Part shown: piece after piece, positions 56,223 through 64,000 of the stretch
How the letters are laid out: the number at the start of each line of letters is the position of its first letter
Position numbering within the stretch: position 1 is the first letter of the stretch
Origin: Candidatus Saccharimonadia bacterium
Lineage (GTDB): Bacteria > Patescibacteriota > Saccharimonadia > UBA4664
Assembly (NCBI GenBank): GCA_036488585.1
Contig: DASXHH010000024.1
Span: forward strand, 85-64,084
Length of the DNA: 64,000 nt
Direction: 5' to 3'
Translations under genes and position numbers: made by a program
The notes under the pieces: model-generated
What the model was told of the DNA's origin: nothing
Database searches by the model: none
The model's input: only the letters and a program-made list of their open reading frames with translations

Positions 56223-56549
56223 CTAGCGCTTTTTTCGAGAAAGAACCCGGATTTCCTGTCCGAGCCCACGATTCATGAGAATTAATCCGGTAATAGAGAG
56301 AGTGGCGGCGATGAGGTAAGAGATGAGCCACCAACGATTTTGGACGAAGATGCGCCGCTCGACTACGGCTGGGGTAAACGCAAAGATAGTCGAAATATTG
56401 CCGAGCCACCAACCCTTTACGAGTTGCTCCGGTTTTTTGACACGACGATGACGCGCCAAGCGATGGACTTTTAGGTATTTGAGCGATACCTGGAGGTTCA
56501 GGAAAATGATTATTGGCAGCGGCAGGTTAGCAAGAATAAATACCAGCAT
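56223..56549 (-). CDS. Hypothetical membrane protein (about 3 TMs)
   Basis: Hydrophobic segments; TATAAT 8 nt before ATG. Confidence 0.55.
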   Translation of the reverse strand: MLVFILANLPLPIIIFLNLQVSLKYLKVHRLARHRRVKKPEQLVKGWWLGNISTIFAFTPAVVERRIFVQNRWWLISYLIAATLSITGLILMNRGLGQEIRVLSRKKR

Positions 56550-56642
56550 ACGTAAGTATTATAACTTGGAATTTCGCTCGTAATGCCTTGACATTTATTA
56601 GTTCTTATGGTAATATGTGTCAATTCCTAAGAGGAAGACGTT

Positions 56643-56837
56643 ATGTATGACTACAACGAGTACAACTTCACTAAGCGCCTGGCAGTACTGCTGGGCACCG
56701 ACATCGCTATCGCAATTCTGGACAGTTTTATACCGCAGGAGCTAAGCCCGGTCCGGTCGGTCGTTGGATTAGTTGAATTTGGCTTCATGGCCGCGACCAT
56801 GTGGCTCACTGTCCGCCGTGTGCTCAAGGATTACTAA
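56643..56837 (+). CDS. Small two-TM hypothetical protein
   Basis: Promoter TTGACA-17-TAATAT and SD GAGGA upstream. Confidence 0.65.
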   Translation: MYDYNEYNFTKRLAVLLGTDIAIAILDSFIPQELSPVRSVVGLVEFGFMAATMWLTVRRVLKDY

Positions 56838-57094
56838 GCCGCTAAGGCGATATAGAGACCCCATCCCGCAAGACCGAGTATGGCCGATACGAGTAGTATC
56901 GCGTACTCGATTTTGCGGTCTATAGCGAAGTGATCTTTTTGTGCTATGACTACGCCCAAGATGAGTCCAAACGGAAATACGATATAGCCGTTGAACTTCA
57001 CCCAGATAGTGCCGAGGATAAAATAGATTAAGATCTTGAGAAAATAGACGTTATCGGTCTCTTTGGGGGCCGATTTTTTGGTGCTCTTTGCCAT
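56834..57094 (-). CDS. Small membrane protein
   Basis: 'YFLKILIYFILG...DHFAIDRKIEYAILL'; 3 hydrophobic segments. Confidence 0.75.
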   Translation of the reverse strand: MAKSTKKSAPKETDNVYFLKILIYFILGTIWVKFNGYIVFPFGLILGVVIAQKDHFAIDRKIEYAILLVSAILGLAGWGLYIALAA

Positions 57095-57126
57095 GTTTGT
57101 ATTTAAACATAACCGCTTTATAGGCG

Positions 57127-58341
57127 CTAGTGCTGAGAGCGATTGGGGCGGTAGAACTGCTCGCCATCGAGCTCATCCGGCAAAAAACCTTTGGTGTGCT
57201 CGAAGCCGGGTTCCCAGCGGTAATCCTTGCCGTAGTCCAGCTCCTTCATGAGCTTGGTGGGGGCATTGCGCAGATGTAGCGGCACTTCGGCGCTGGGGTG
57301 CTCGCGAGCGGCGGTGAGGGCCCGGCCAATGGCATCGTAGGCGTCGCGATTTTTGGAGGCCTCGGCCAGCGCGATGGTGGCATGAGACAAGATAATACGA
57401 CCTTCGGGCAAGCCAATGCGTTCAATGGCCTGGAATGTTGAGGTGGCTAGGGTGAGCATGGAGCTATCGGCCAGACCGACGTCTTCGGAGGCGAAGATGA
57501 CCAGCCGGCGGGAGATAAATTTGGGGTCCTCACCGCCTTCGAGCATGCGCGCAAGGTAAAAGAGCGCGGCATCGACGGCCCCGCCGCGCATCGACTTGAT
57601 GTAGGCCGAGATTAGATTGTAATGGTACTCGCCGCCCTTGTCGTACTTGAGACTAGTTTTTTGCATGGCCTGCTTGATGTGTTCGCGGGTGATGTTGGTG
57701 TCGGCGATGGCGGCGGCGGTTTCGAGACCGCCCAAGGCTACGCGAGCGTCACCGGCCGAGAGTTCTGCGAGCAAGCGACGCGCACTGGTCTCGAGGGTAC
57801 GGTCAGGTAGCTTGCTCAGCGCACGATCGATGATGCGCTCCAGTTGCTCGACTGAGAGCGATTCGAGCACCACCACCCGGCTGCGCGACAGTAGCGGGCC
57901 GATCACCTCGAACGACGGGTTTTCGGTGGTAGCGCCGATTAGCACGATGGTGCCGGCCTCCACGTGCGGCAGGAAGGCGTCTTGCTGGGCCTTGTTGAAG
58001 CGGTGGATTTCGTCCACAAACAACAGCGTGGACCCGCCGGTACGACGACGCTCAGCGGCTCGTTCAATCACCTTTTTGACCTCGGGCAGGCCGCTAGTGA
58101 CGGCCGAGATTTCCTCGAAGGCAAAATTGCCACTCGCGGAGATGATGCGCGCTAGGGTGGTTTTGCCGGTGCCGGGTGGCCCCCACAGGATCAGGGAGGT
58201 GGGGCGGCCGCTCGCGATCATGCTGCGCAAGAATTGCCCCTCCCCCACTACCTGCTGCTGACCCTCGAATTCCTCGAGGGTTTTGGGCCGAACGCGGTCA
58301 GCTAGGGGCCGGGGTTGTTCTTGGGGTGAAAACAAGTTCAT
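57127..58341 (-). CDS. rarA: Replication-associated recombination protein A (MgsA/RarA)
   Basis: 'PLADRVRP', 'WGPPGTGKTT', 'DEIHRFNKAQQD', 'ASEDVGLAD', 'VPLHLRNAPT'. Confidence 0.96.
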   Translation of the reverse strand: MNLFSPQEQPRPLADRVRPKTLEEFEGQQQVVGEGQFLRSMIASGRPTSLILWGPPGTGKTTLARIISASGNFAFEEISAVTSGLPEVKKVIERAAERRRTGGSTLLFVDEIHRFNKAQQDAFLPHVEAGTIVLIGATTENPSFEVIGPLLSRSRVVVLESLSVEQLERIIDRALSKLPDRTLETSARRLLAELSAGDARVALGGLETAAAIADTNITREHIKQAMQKTSLKYDKGGEYHYNLISAYIKSMRGGAVDAALFYLARMLEGGEDPKFISRRLVIFASEDVGLADSSMLTLATSTFQAIERIGLPEGRIILSHATIALAEASKNRDAYDAIGRALTAAREHPSAEVPLHLRNAPTKLMKELDYGKDYRWEPGFEHTKGFLPDELDGEQFYRPNRSQH

Positions 58342-58423
58342 GGGTTAATTATAGTCTCCCAAAACGGAGGAGAGGCGCCCAGGGTGGTAATCCCGGACGC
58401 CTCAAGGTGAACCTTATAGATCG

Positions 58424-59122
58424 CTATGGTGTAATCTGGCTTGGTGGATGCATGCAACCCGCCGCGCCGATCGCGGCATAGGGTCGGGAGTCGCAGGCCT
58501 TGCAGCCGCGTCTGGTAATTACGTGATGTCCGCCACCGAGTCCAGAGCTGGGCGAGATGGTGCTGGGCTTTACATGTTTTGCGCCAAGGGCGCGCCACAG
58601 CAATCTGTCGAAGAAGCCGGGCTCGGTGTCGGCGCGGTAATGATGGCCCAGGGCATACCAGCGACCGCGGCCGGCCGACCGGTAGATTAGAGGCGGCGGC
58701 GATTGCTGGTCTTCGGACAGGCCGACACCGATCCTGAAGGTCCCGGTGTCGATGGTCCCTCGCGGTAGGTTGGCGAAAACGCCGATCCTGGTGGGCTGAC
58801 GCTGGTATCGACTCTGACCCAGTTGGGGCCAATAGGAGTCGTCAGCTGCGCCCAGGGCGTAGACTCCCGATGACTGGATTCCCCACCAGTGGGAATCGAT
58901 CTGCTGCGGGGTTTTACCGGAACGCTTGAACGCTCCCGCCCACATGAACGCGAGGGTAAGTTCCTCGAGGCTCGGGTCGTGAAGGCCCAGGACCCGGAGG
59001 ATGTCCTCGACGGTCAGGCTCGGAGTTGTGAGGGCCGGAAGATAGGTGGACACATGGTCGGGTTCTGTAGGCCACAGTCGGAGACGCTGGATGGCGCCAC
59101 TGAGCATCCTGCTGCTACGCAT
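58424..59122 (-). CDS. Hypothetical (orphan) protein
   Basis: Promoter TTGTCA-17-TACAAT and SD GGGAGAG; no recognisable family. Confidence 0.6.
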   Translation of the reverse strand: MRSSRMLSGAIQRLRLWPTEPDHVSTYLPALTTPSLTVEDILRVLGLHDPSLEELTLAFMWAGAFKRSGKTPQQIDSHWWGIQSSGVYALGAADDSYWPQLGQSRYQRQPTRIGVFANLPRGTIDTGTFRIGVGLSEDQQSPPPLIYRSAGRGRWYALGHHYRADTEPGFFDRLLWRALGAKHVKPSTISPSSGLGGGHHVITRRGCKACDSRPYAAIGAAGCMHPPSQITP

Positions 59123-59249
59123 GCTGCTCTCCCTAGGAACAGGTGTGCCGAACGATTGTGCTCAAAAGAGCATAAGGATTGTAGCTCGTTTTGCTAGTTT
59201 TGACAATTATTTATGACAGAAGCAACAAAAATGCTGTAAAAGATGGGTG

Positions 59250-59537
59250 CTAGTCGTCGAAAAGCCGGGCCTGCGGAACGGGCGGCAACGAGTTGAGCAT
59301 GGGGCGCAAGTCGGCTTCGGGGGCGTCAATTTCGATCAGTTTATGAGTGGAGGTGTGGCCGCGCACCAGCTTGATGAGGCTACGTGACACGCGCAAACTG
59401 CCGGATAAAAACTTAACGAGGTACTCGTTGGCCTGGCCGTCTTGAGGCACGGCGCGAATTTGCACGAATAGGCCGTCGCCCTCGCGCCAGAGGCCGTCAC
59501 GGTGGGCGCCAGCTTTTACACGTACCCCCAACTTCAC
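59250..59537 (-). CDS. DUF167 / YggU family protein
   Basis: 'VRVKAGA...AVPQDGQANEYL...GHTSTHK'. Confidence 0.88.
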   Translation of the reverse strand: MKLGVRVKAGAHRDGLWREGDGLFVQIRAVPQDGQANEYLVKFLSGSLRVSRSLIKLVRGHTSTHKLIEIDAPEADLRPMLNSLPPVPQARLFDD

Positions 59538-59540
59538 CGG

Positions 59541-59870
59541 CTAAACCTTTTCGATCCGCACGGCGGTGCCATAGGCGGCAACTTCGTTCATGACGCCCCC
59601 GATGTCGCCCGTGTCGAAGCGCATGGCAAGTACAGCATTGGCGCCGCGGGCCTTGGCGGCCTCACGCAGGCGAGCCACGGCTTGCTGCCGACTCTCGGAC
59701 AACAGTTTAGTGTAGCCGCCGACTTCACCGCCGAAAATTGTTCGAAAGCTGGCGCCCATGTTGGAAAACAGGTTGCGCGAACGCACTATCAAGCCAAAGA
59801 CTTCGCCATAGGTCTCTACGACTTTGTAGCCAGGTACATCGTTGGTGGTAACAATTAGGATCTCGTCCAC
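59541..59870 (-). CDS. YbjQ / UPF0145 family protein
   Basis: 'IVTTNDVPG', 'FGGEVGGYT', 'GANAVLAMRFD', 'AYGTAV'; GTG start with SD GGGAGG. Confidence 0.92.
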   Translation of the reverse strand: MDEILIVTTNDVPGYKVVETYGEVFGLIVRSRNLFSNMGASFRTIFGGEVGGYTKLLSESRQQAVARLREAAKARGANAVLAMRFDTGDIGGVMNEVAAYGTAVRIEKV

Positions 59871-60361
59871 GGTAGGCCTCCCTTGTCGTAATAATATTCG
59901 ATCGCGATTTGGGCGAGGGCCCACACCACACGTGCAACCACGTAGGTGAAACTAAACAGCACCAGGTATAGCGGCCACAGATAAATGGTACGGCCTATAT
60001 GCAGGAGATGGGCGTCGATCCACTCTACGAGCAACACGAGAAAGTAGACGCCGAAGATATTAATGGAAGCGTCGTAGAAAAATTGCGAGACCTTGGCACT
60101 GAGGGGGAAGCGGTCTACATAGCGCCGCCCCTGATATTTGAGCGCCGACGCCACGCTCAGTAGGTAGGCAAAGCCCAACCCAGCCGAAAGACCGAGCACT
60201 GTGGTAGCGGCGCCGGTTCCGGTGGGGCTCAGAAAGGCCCCAAGATTGTGGGTGGCCGACAGAGCCGCAAAGAAGGTGGCGATCACAATGCCACAAAAGG
60301 TAATGCGCAGTAGTTCCTGATCGAGGCGGGCGCTGAGCGGAAATTCGGGTTCGGATCTCAT
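59855..60361 (-). CDS. Hypothetical 4-TM membrane protein
   Basis: Four hydrophobic segments; tightly coupled to both neighbours. Confidence 0.7.
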   Translation of the reverse strand: MRSEPEFPLSARLDQELLRITFCGIVIATFFAALSATHNLGAFLSPTGTGAATTVLGLSAGLGFAYLLSVASALKYQGRRYVDRFPLSAKVSQFFYDASINIFGVYFLVLLVEWIDAHLLHIGRTIYLWPLYLVLFSFTYVVARVVWALAQIAIEYYYDKGGLPWTRS

Positions 60362-60365
60362 GTTG

Positions 60366-60950
60366 CTATATTACCTCTATCTGAGTGCTCTGGGGGGTCA
60401 CTACACCTAGAGCGACGTGGTTACCCAGCGCCGCGGGCCAGCGCAGCTTGGTGGTGGAGAGGCATTCCTTGACGAGGGCCTTGAGTTGCTCGACGCCGAC
60501 TTCGCTGTAATTGTGCCCGCTCAGCAGGCCGGGGATGGCCGCGGTGGCGCCGGCAGCCACAGCGTCGCCCTGCACGATCTGGAGGTGAAACTCCTGCGCG
60601 CTGTCGAGATAGTAGAGGTCAGGCTGCCGGGTGTGACGTACAGGGTCGATGCCGGCCACGATCAGCTCGATGCGGCCCTTCAGGTCGCCCAACTTCGGCG
60701 CCCATTCCAGCGTAAAGGCGGCGTGCAGCAGATTCGCGAGGCCGGCAGCGCTGAGACTAGGCGTAATCCTCGGCAGCACCGTATCCGTGATGGTTTGGCG
60801 AACGGCCTCAACGTTGCCGGCCAGCAGCAGCACACAATGGTTGGGAAGCGTCATGAGCTGACCATACGAGCCAGGTTGATGGGCGGTGCTATTGGTATCG
60901 GAGGCTACCACAATCGAGTTTAAATTCTTGATAGCAACTACTAGCGGCAT
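60366..60950 (-). CDS. Proteasome-beta/Ntn-hydrolase-like protein with N-terminal Pro
   Basis: 'MPLVVAIKNLNSIVVASD', 'LLAGN', 'ELIVAGID...PDLYYLDS', 'VAAG' follow the beta-subunit pattern. Confidence 0.7.
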   Translation of the reverse strand: MPLVVAIKNLNSIVVASDTNSTAHQPGSYGQLMTLPNHCVLLLAGNVEAVRQTITDTVLPRITPSLSAAGLANLLHAAFTLEWAPKLGDLKGRIELIVAGIDPVRHTRQPDLYYLDSAQEFHLQIVQGDAVAAGATAAIPGLLSGHNYSEVGVEQLKALVKECLSTTKLRWPAALGNHVALGVVTPQSTQIEVI

Positions 60951-61000
60951 GTCAGGATTTTTTACCTTGGTTATGTCTTTATTTTAGCGCCGAATGGCTT

Positions 61001-61546
61001 CTAAAACGAGACAAGGCGCCCAGGCTCCCGTAACGGGAGGCCCGGACGCCAGGTAGTGGCCCCGGATAAGTCGCGCAGTATCGCGGCAGTTGTGGCCATG
61101 ACCATCTGAACTGCGTTACCCAGCCGCAGGGCGACATCGGCGGGGGTGAATATGCCCTGCATGGTGCCCTGTTGCGGCCAATGCAGCTGATAGGTCGGGC
61201 GGAGGCCTGAGATCGGATTGGCGATGATCAGCGGCTTGGGGCCGTTTGGGGTGACGCTGCGGTACACGATGCTCGACTGGTTGCGGTGAGCGATTGCCAG
61301 CTCGAGTTTCAGCCCATCGCGAACCGCGGTGCGGACAGCGAAGAAGGCGTCTTCATTGAACTGGACGACTTCGCTCGGGCGGTCGAGCATGCCCGACAAT
61401 TGGACGGCGGCGCAGTAGTCGTAGACGAGCGGGGCGAGCAGATCCAGTTCATCGTGGTTTGGCCACGAAATTGTGACAAAGAACGCTTCGACAAGAGAAC
61501 GCAGTTCGCTGATGTCCGTCGGCCCATTTGCCCGGGTATCCGCCAT
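61001..61546 (-). CDS. Hypothetical (orphan) protein
   Basis: TTGACA promoter and SD GAAAGGA; no recognisable family. Confidence 0.6.
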   Translation of the reverse strand: MADTRANGPTDISELRSLVEAFFVTISWPNHDELDLLAPLVYDYCAAVQLSGMLDRPSEVVQFNEDAFFAVRTAVRDGLKLELAIAHRNQSSIVYRSVTPNGPKPLIIANPISGLRPTYQLHWPQQGTMQGIFTPADVALRLGNAVQMVMATTAAILRDLSGATTWRPGLPLREPGRLVSF

Positions 61547-61654
61547 CGTGATCCTTTCCTGTGCGATCGATGTTTGGTACGAGGCTAAGGATAAAAATAA
61601 AAGCCCAGCACCTATATGTCAACGCTGTTTGGCGCACATAACATTACATTAACC

Positions 61655-61675
61655 AAAAACCGCCCCGGAGGGCGG
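61655..61675 (-). terminator. Terminator after rpsJ
   Basis: Minus strand CCGCCC-TCCG-GGGCGG-TTTTT. Confidence 0.8.
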
Positions 61676-61689
61676 CCTTTGAGCAAGAG

Positions 61690-62022
61690 TTACATCTTGA
61701 TTTCGATATCGACGCCGGCAGGGAGGTTGAGGTTCATGAGAGCGTCAACGGTTTTGGGGGTGGGCTCGGTGATGTCGATGAGACGCTTGTGGGTGCGCAT
61801 CTCGAACTGCTCACGGGCATCCTTGTAGATGTGCGGGCTGCGGAGGACGGTCATCGAGTTTTTCTCGGTGGGAAGAGGGATCGGACCGGCCACGGAGGCG
61901 CCGGTGCGGGTAGCGGTGTCAATTATTTGCTTGGCGCTCTGGTCGATGACCTTTGAATCGTAGGCCTTGAGGCGAATACGAATGCGCTGCTTTTCCTGGG
62001 TCTTAGCTTCTGCTGTAGCCAT
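61690..62022 (-). CDS. rpsJ: 30S ribosomal protein uS10
   Basis: '[10 protein letters not shown]', 'GPIPLPT', '[13 protein letters not shown]'; true start MATAEAK at 62022. Confidence 0.98.
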   Translation of the reverse strand: MATAEAKTQEKQRIRIRLKAYDSKVIDQSAKQIIDTATRTGASVAGPIPLPTEKNSMTVLRSPHIYKDAREQFEMRTHKRLIDITEPTPKTVDALMNLNLPAGVDIEIKM

Positions 62023-62186
62023 ATGAGGTGCGTTAGGTTGGTAACCTAAAAAACTCCACTTAATTACCTTGTGCTGGAAGGAATTAAAGCATGAGATACG
62101 GATGCTTGTCAATGTAAGGCCTGAAATTGCCCTGAGAAACGCAACGAGCCCCAACGAGAGGGCGGCCAAGAGGCTCGCGCGGCCCG

Positions 62187-62456
62187 TTAGGGCTGAGTGG
62201 TGGAACCGTCGGCCCGGTAGACGCGGCCGGTGACGGTGGGGGTGTGCTCCGGGTCGGCCACCTGGGCGGTTTTCCGGGCCCGAGAGATGAGGATGTGCCT
62301 GAGCACGTGATGCGAGCCAAGCGCATAGCACAGGACACACACGGCGATTAGAAGCGCGTGGTGGACGATGAAAGCGATGGCCAGGAGGGCCAGTCCGATC
62401 GCGCCGACTAGCATCAGCAGCCTGGCGGCCGTAGCCGGGTTGAACTTGCGATTCAA
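62187..62456 (-). CDS. Small two-TM hypothetical protein
   Basis: TTG start with SD GGAGAGG overlapping the end of the upstream gene; two hydrophobic helices. Confidence 0.6.
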   Translation of the reverse strand: MNRKFNPATAARLLMLVGAIGLALLAIAFIVHHALLIAVCVLCYALGSHHVLRHILISRARKTAQVADPEHTPTVTGRVYRADGSTTQP

Positions 62457-62457
62457 C

Positions 62458-62973
62458 TTACCTCTCCAATCTGGCAATGTGAGCCCGGATGGGCCGCATG
62501 GAGGTGTTGCCGGTCGGATGGTTCAGCGGCGTAAGCAGGTAGCCCTGGCGCGTGCACCAATTTGAGAGGTGCCGGGTGAACCAGGGCATGGTGCTGTCGA
62601 CCACGACGCCGTCAGAGTCGACCGTGATGCTGACACTGACCGCGCGTTGGTCAACCTGCCAGTTGTACATTTCGACCCACATGTGGCCAGCTTCGTAGGC
62701 CAGGAGGGCTCGCTGAACTTCGGGGATGAGCAGCTGGTCGACGTAGCTGAACGCCTGGCCCTCGGTGGGCTCAGAGTCGTTGGAGACGTGGCCGGATTCG
62801 GACTGGGAAGTTGGGGTGGGCCGGCGGAGGTTTCCTAGATCGGCACGTTGTTTAGGATCTCCGAGCCGGTCGATTGGATCTGGCAGCAAGTTCCAGAGCC
62901 TGCGTTCGAGATCGGCGGCACGTTTTTCAAGATCTCGGAGCCGGTCTTCGGCCGGATCTGGTGAGTCGTTCAT
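62458..62973 (-). CDS. Hypothetical (orphan) protein with N-terminal coiled coil
   Basis: Promoter TTGCAA-17-TAAAAC, SD GGAAGGGG; 'RLRDLEKRAADLERRL'. Confidence 0.6.
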   Translation of the reverse strand: MNDSPDPAEDRLRDLEKRAADLERRLWNLLPDPIDRLGDPKQRADLGNLRRPTPTSQSESGHVSNDSEPTEGQAFSYVDQLLIPEVQRALLAYEAGHMWVEMYNWQVDQRAVSVSITVDSDGVVVDSTMPWFTRHLSNWCTRQGYLLTPLNHPTGNTSMRPIRAHIARLER

Positions 62974-63102
62974 GTGACCCCTTCCAGGTGAGCACGAGTA
63001 TTTCCGATGGCTTGGTTTTACCATATCTCGGCTATGTTTGCAATGGTACTTGGGCGCTGAAGCTCCCCTGGCTACCGCCCAGGGTTTATCACCTGATTAA
63101 CC

Positions 63103-63124
63103 AAAAAACGGCCCGGAGGCCGTT
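63103..63124 (-). terminator. Terminator after tuf
   Basis: Minus strand AACGGCC-TCCG-GGCCGTT-TTTT. Confidence 0.8.
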
Positions 63125-63148
63125 AGCTGGAACAGAATTTGAGGTCTG

Positions 63149-64000
63149 TTACTTGAGGATCTTGGTCACGACACCAGCACCCACGGTGCGGCCACCTTCG
63201 CGAATAGCGAAGCGCTGTCCATCTTCCATGGCGATCGGAGCGATGAGCTCGACCTTCATCTTGATGTCGTCGCCAGGCATTACCATCTCGACGCCTTCAG
63301 GCAGGGTGACAGAGCCGGTGACGTCGGTTGTGCGGATGTAGAACTGAGGCTTGTAGCCCTTGAAGAACGGGGTGTGGCGGCCGCCCTCGTCTTTGTTTAG
63401 GACATAGACCTGAGCCTCAAACTCGGTGTGCGGGGTGATGCTACCGGGCTTGGCCAGAACCTGACCGCGCTCGATGTCAGCGCGCTCAATGCCGCGCAGC
63501 AGAGCGCCGATGTTGTCGCCGGCCTGAGCGTCGGGGAGCAGTTTCTTGAACATCTCAACACCGGTCACTACGGTCTTCTTGGTGGGACGGATACCGACGA
63601 TTTCAACTTCGTCGTTTACCTTTAGTACGCCCTGGTCAATACGGCCAGTGGCCACTGTGCCGCGGCCCTTGATGGAGAAGACATCTTCAATGGCCATCAG
63701 GAAGGGCTTGTCAACCTCGCGCTTGGGCTCGGGGAAGTAGTCGTCCATGGCGGCGACGAGGTCCAGGATGGACTTCTCGTTGTCAGCGTCGCCCTCGAGG
63801 GCCTTCAGAGCGGAACCCTTGATGATGGGGGCGTTCTCGTCGAAGTCGTACTTGGCCAAGAGTTCGCGAATTTCCATTTCAACCAGCTCAGCCAGCTCAG
63901 GGTCGGCCATGTCCATCTTGTTCATGTAAACGAGGATGGACGGCACGCCCACCTGCTTGGCCAACAGGATGTGCTCACGGGTCTGAGGCATGGGGCCGTC
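63149..64000 (-). CDS. tuf: Elongation factor Tu (5' part outside the window)
   Basis: '[13 protein letters not shown]', 'NKMD', 'EGGRHTPF', '[13 protein letters not shown]'. Confidence 0.99.
   Translation of the reverse strand, partial: DGPMPQTREHILLAKQVGVPSILVYMNKMDMADPELAELVEMEIRELLAKYDFDENAPIIKGSALKALEGDADNEKSILDLVAAMDDYFPEPKREVDKPFLMAIEDVFSIKGRGTVATGRIDQGVLKVNDEVEIVGIRPTKKTVVTGVEMFKKLLPDAQAGDNIGALLRGIERADIERGQVLAKPGSITPHTEFEAQVYVLNKDEGGRHTPFFKGYKPQFYIRTTDVTGSVTLPEGVEMVMPGDDIKMKVELIAPIAMEDGQRFAIREGGRTVGAGVVTKILK

Noticed and set aside
62023-62340. Apparent 106-aa N-terminal extension of uS10
   Set aside because: It crosses the rpsJ promoter and another gene; the ATG at 62022 gives a normal-length protein.
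1-64000. CRISPR array, rRNA, IS/transposase, integrase or prophage
   Set aside because: No regularly spaced repeats, rRNA sequence, recombinase or phage structural genes were seen; the tail-fibre-like motifs are in a signal-peptide-bearing cellular protein.
1-64000. Genetic code 25 (TGA=Gly) as in Gracilibacteria/Absconditabacteria
   Set aside because: TGA ends conserved genes (rplQ, rplX, rpmC, secY) at the expected positions, and no core gene is interrupted.

Overview
A 64-kb chromosomal segment of a Patescibacteria (CPR) bacterium, most likely a relatively GC-rich Candidatus Saccharibacteria (TM7). Supporting evidence: genetic code 11, no rpmD/uL30 in the spc operon, a long N-terminal extension on uL1, an archaeal-type AspRS, FemX and CPR-style giant surface proteins. 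The right third is the ribosomal superoperon (tuf, rpsJ, rplC to rplQ, rplM-rpsI), with tuf, rpsJ and rplC separated by inserted genes. The ancestral tRNA-Thr/Tyr/Thr-rpmG-tRNA-Trp-secE-nusG-rplK-rplA cluster is pulled apart by a ~2,070-aa surface-protein gene and a ~21-kb accessory block (Ku/LigD, F420-type LLM enzyme, FemX, GH16, HAD cassettes, aspS, trxB, VIT1, histidine kinase). Most notable observations: (1) a T-box riboswitch upstream of aspS with the ultrashort Stem I known from actinobacterial ileS translational T-boxes, but with an Asp (GAC) specifier and a transcription terminator; (2) a four-gene kinase / nucleotidyltransferase / HIT / deaminase operon of unknown function near thyA; (3) tandem HAD cassettes bounded by duplicated tRNA-Trp 3' flanks and a shared 12-bp junction; (4) many genes with a leaderless -10/N6/ATG layout; (5) divergent family members: a short serpin, a K+-channel lacking TVGYG, and a proteasome-beta-like protein with Pro in place of Thr1. 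All calls come from reading the sequence; no database searches were run.
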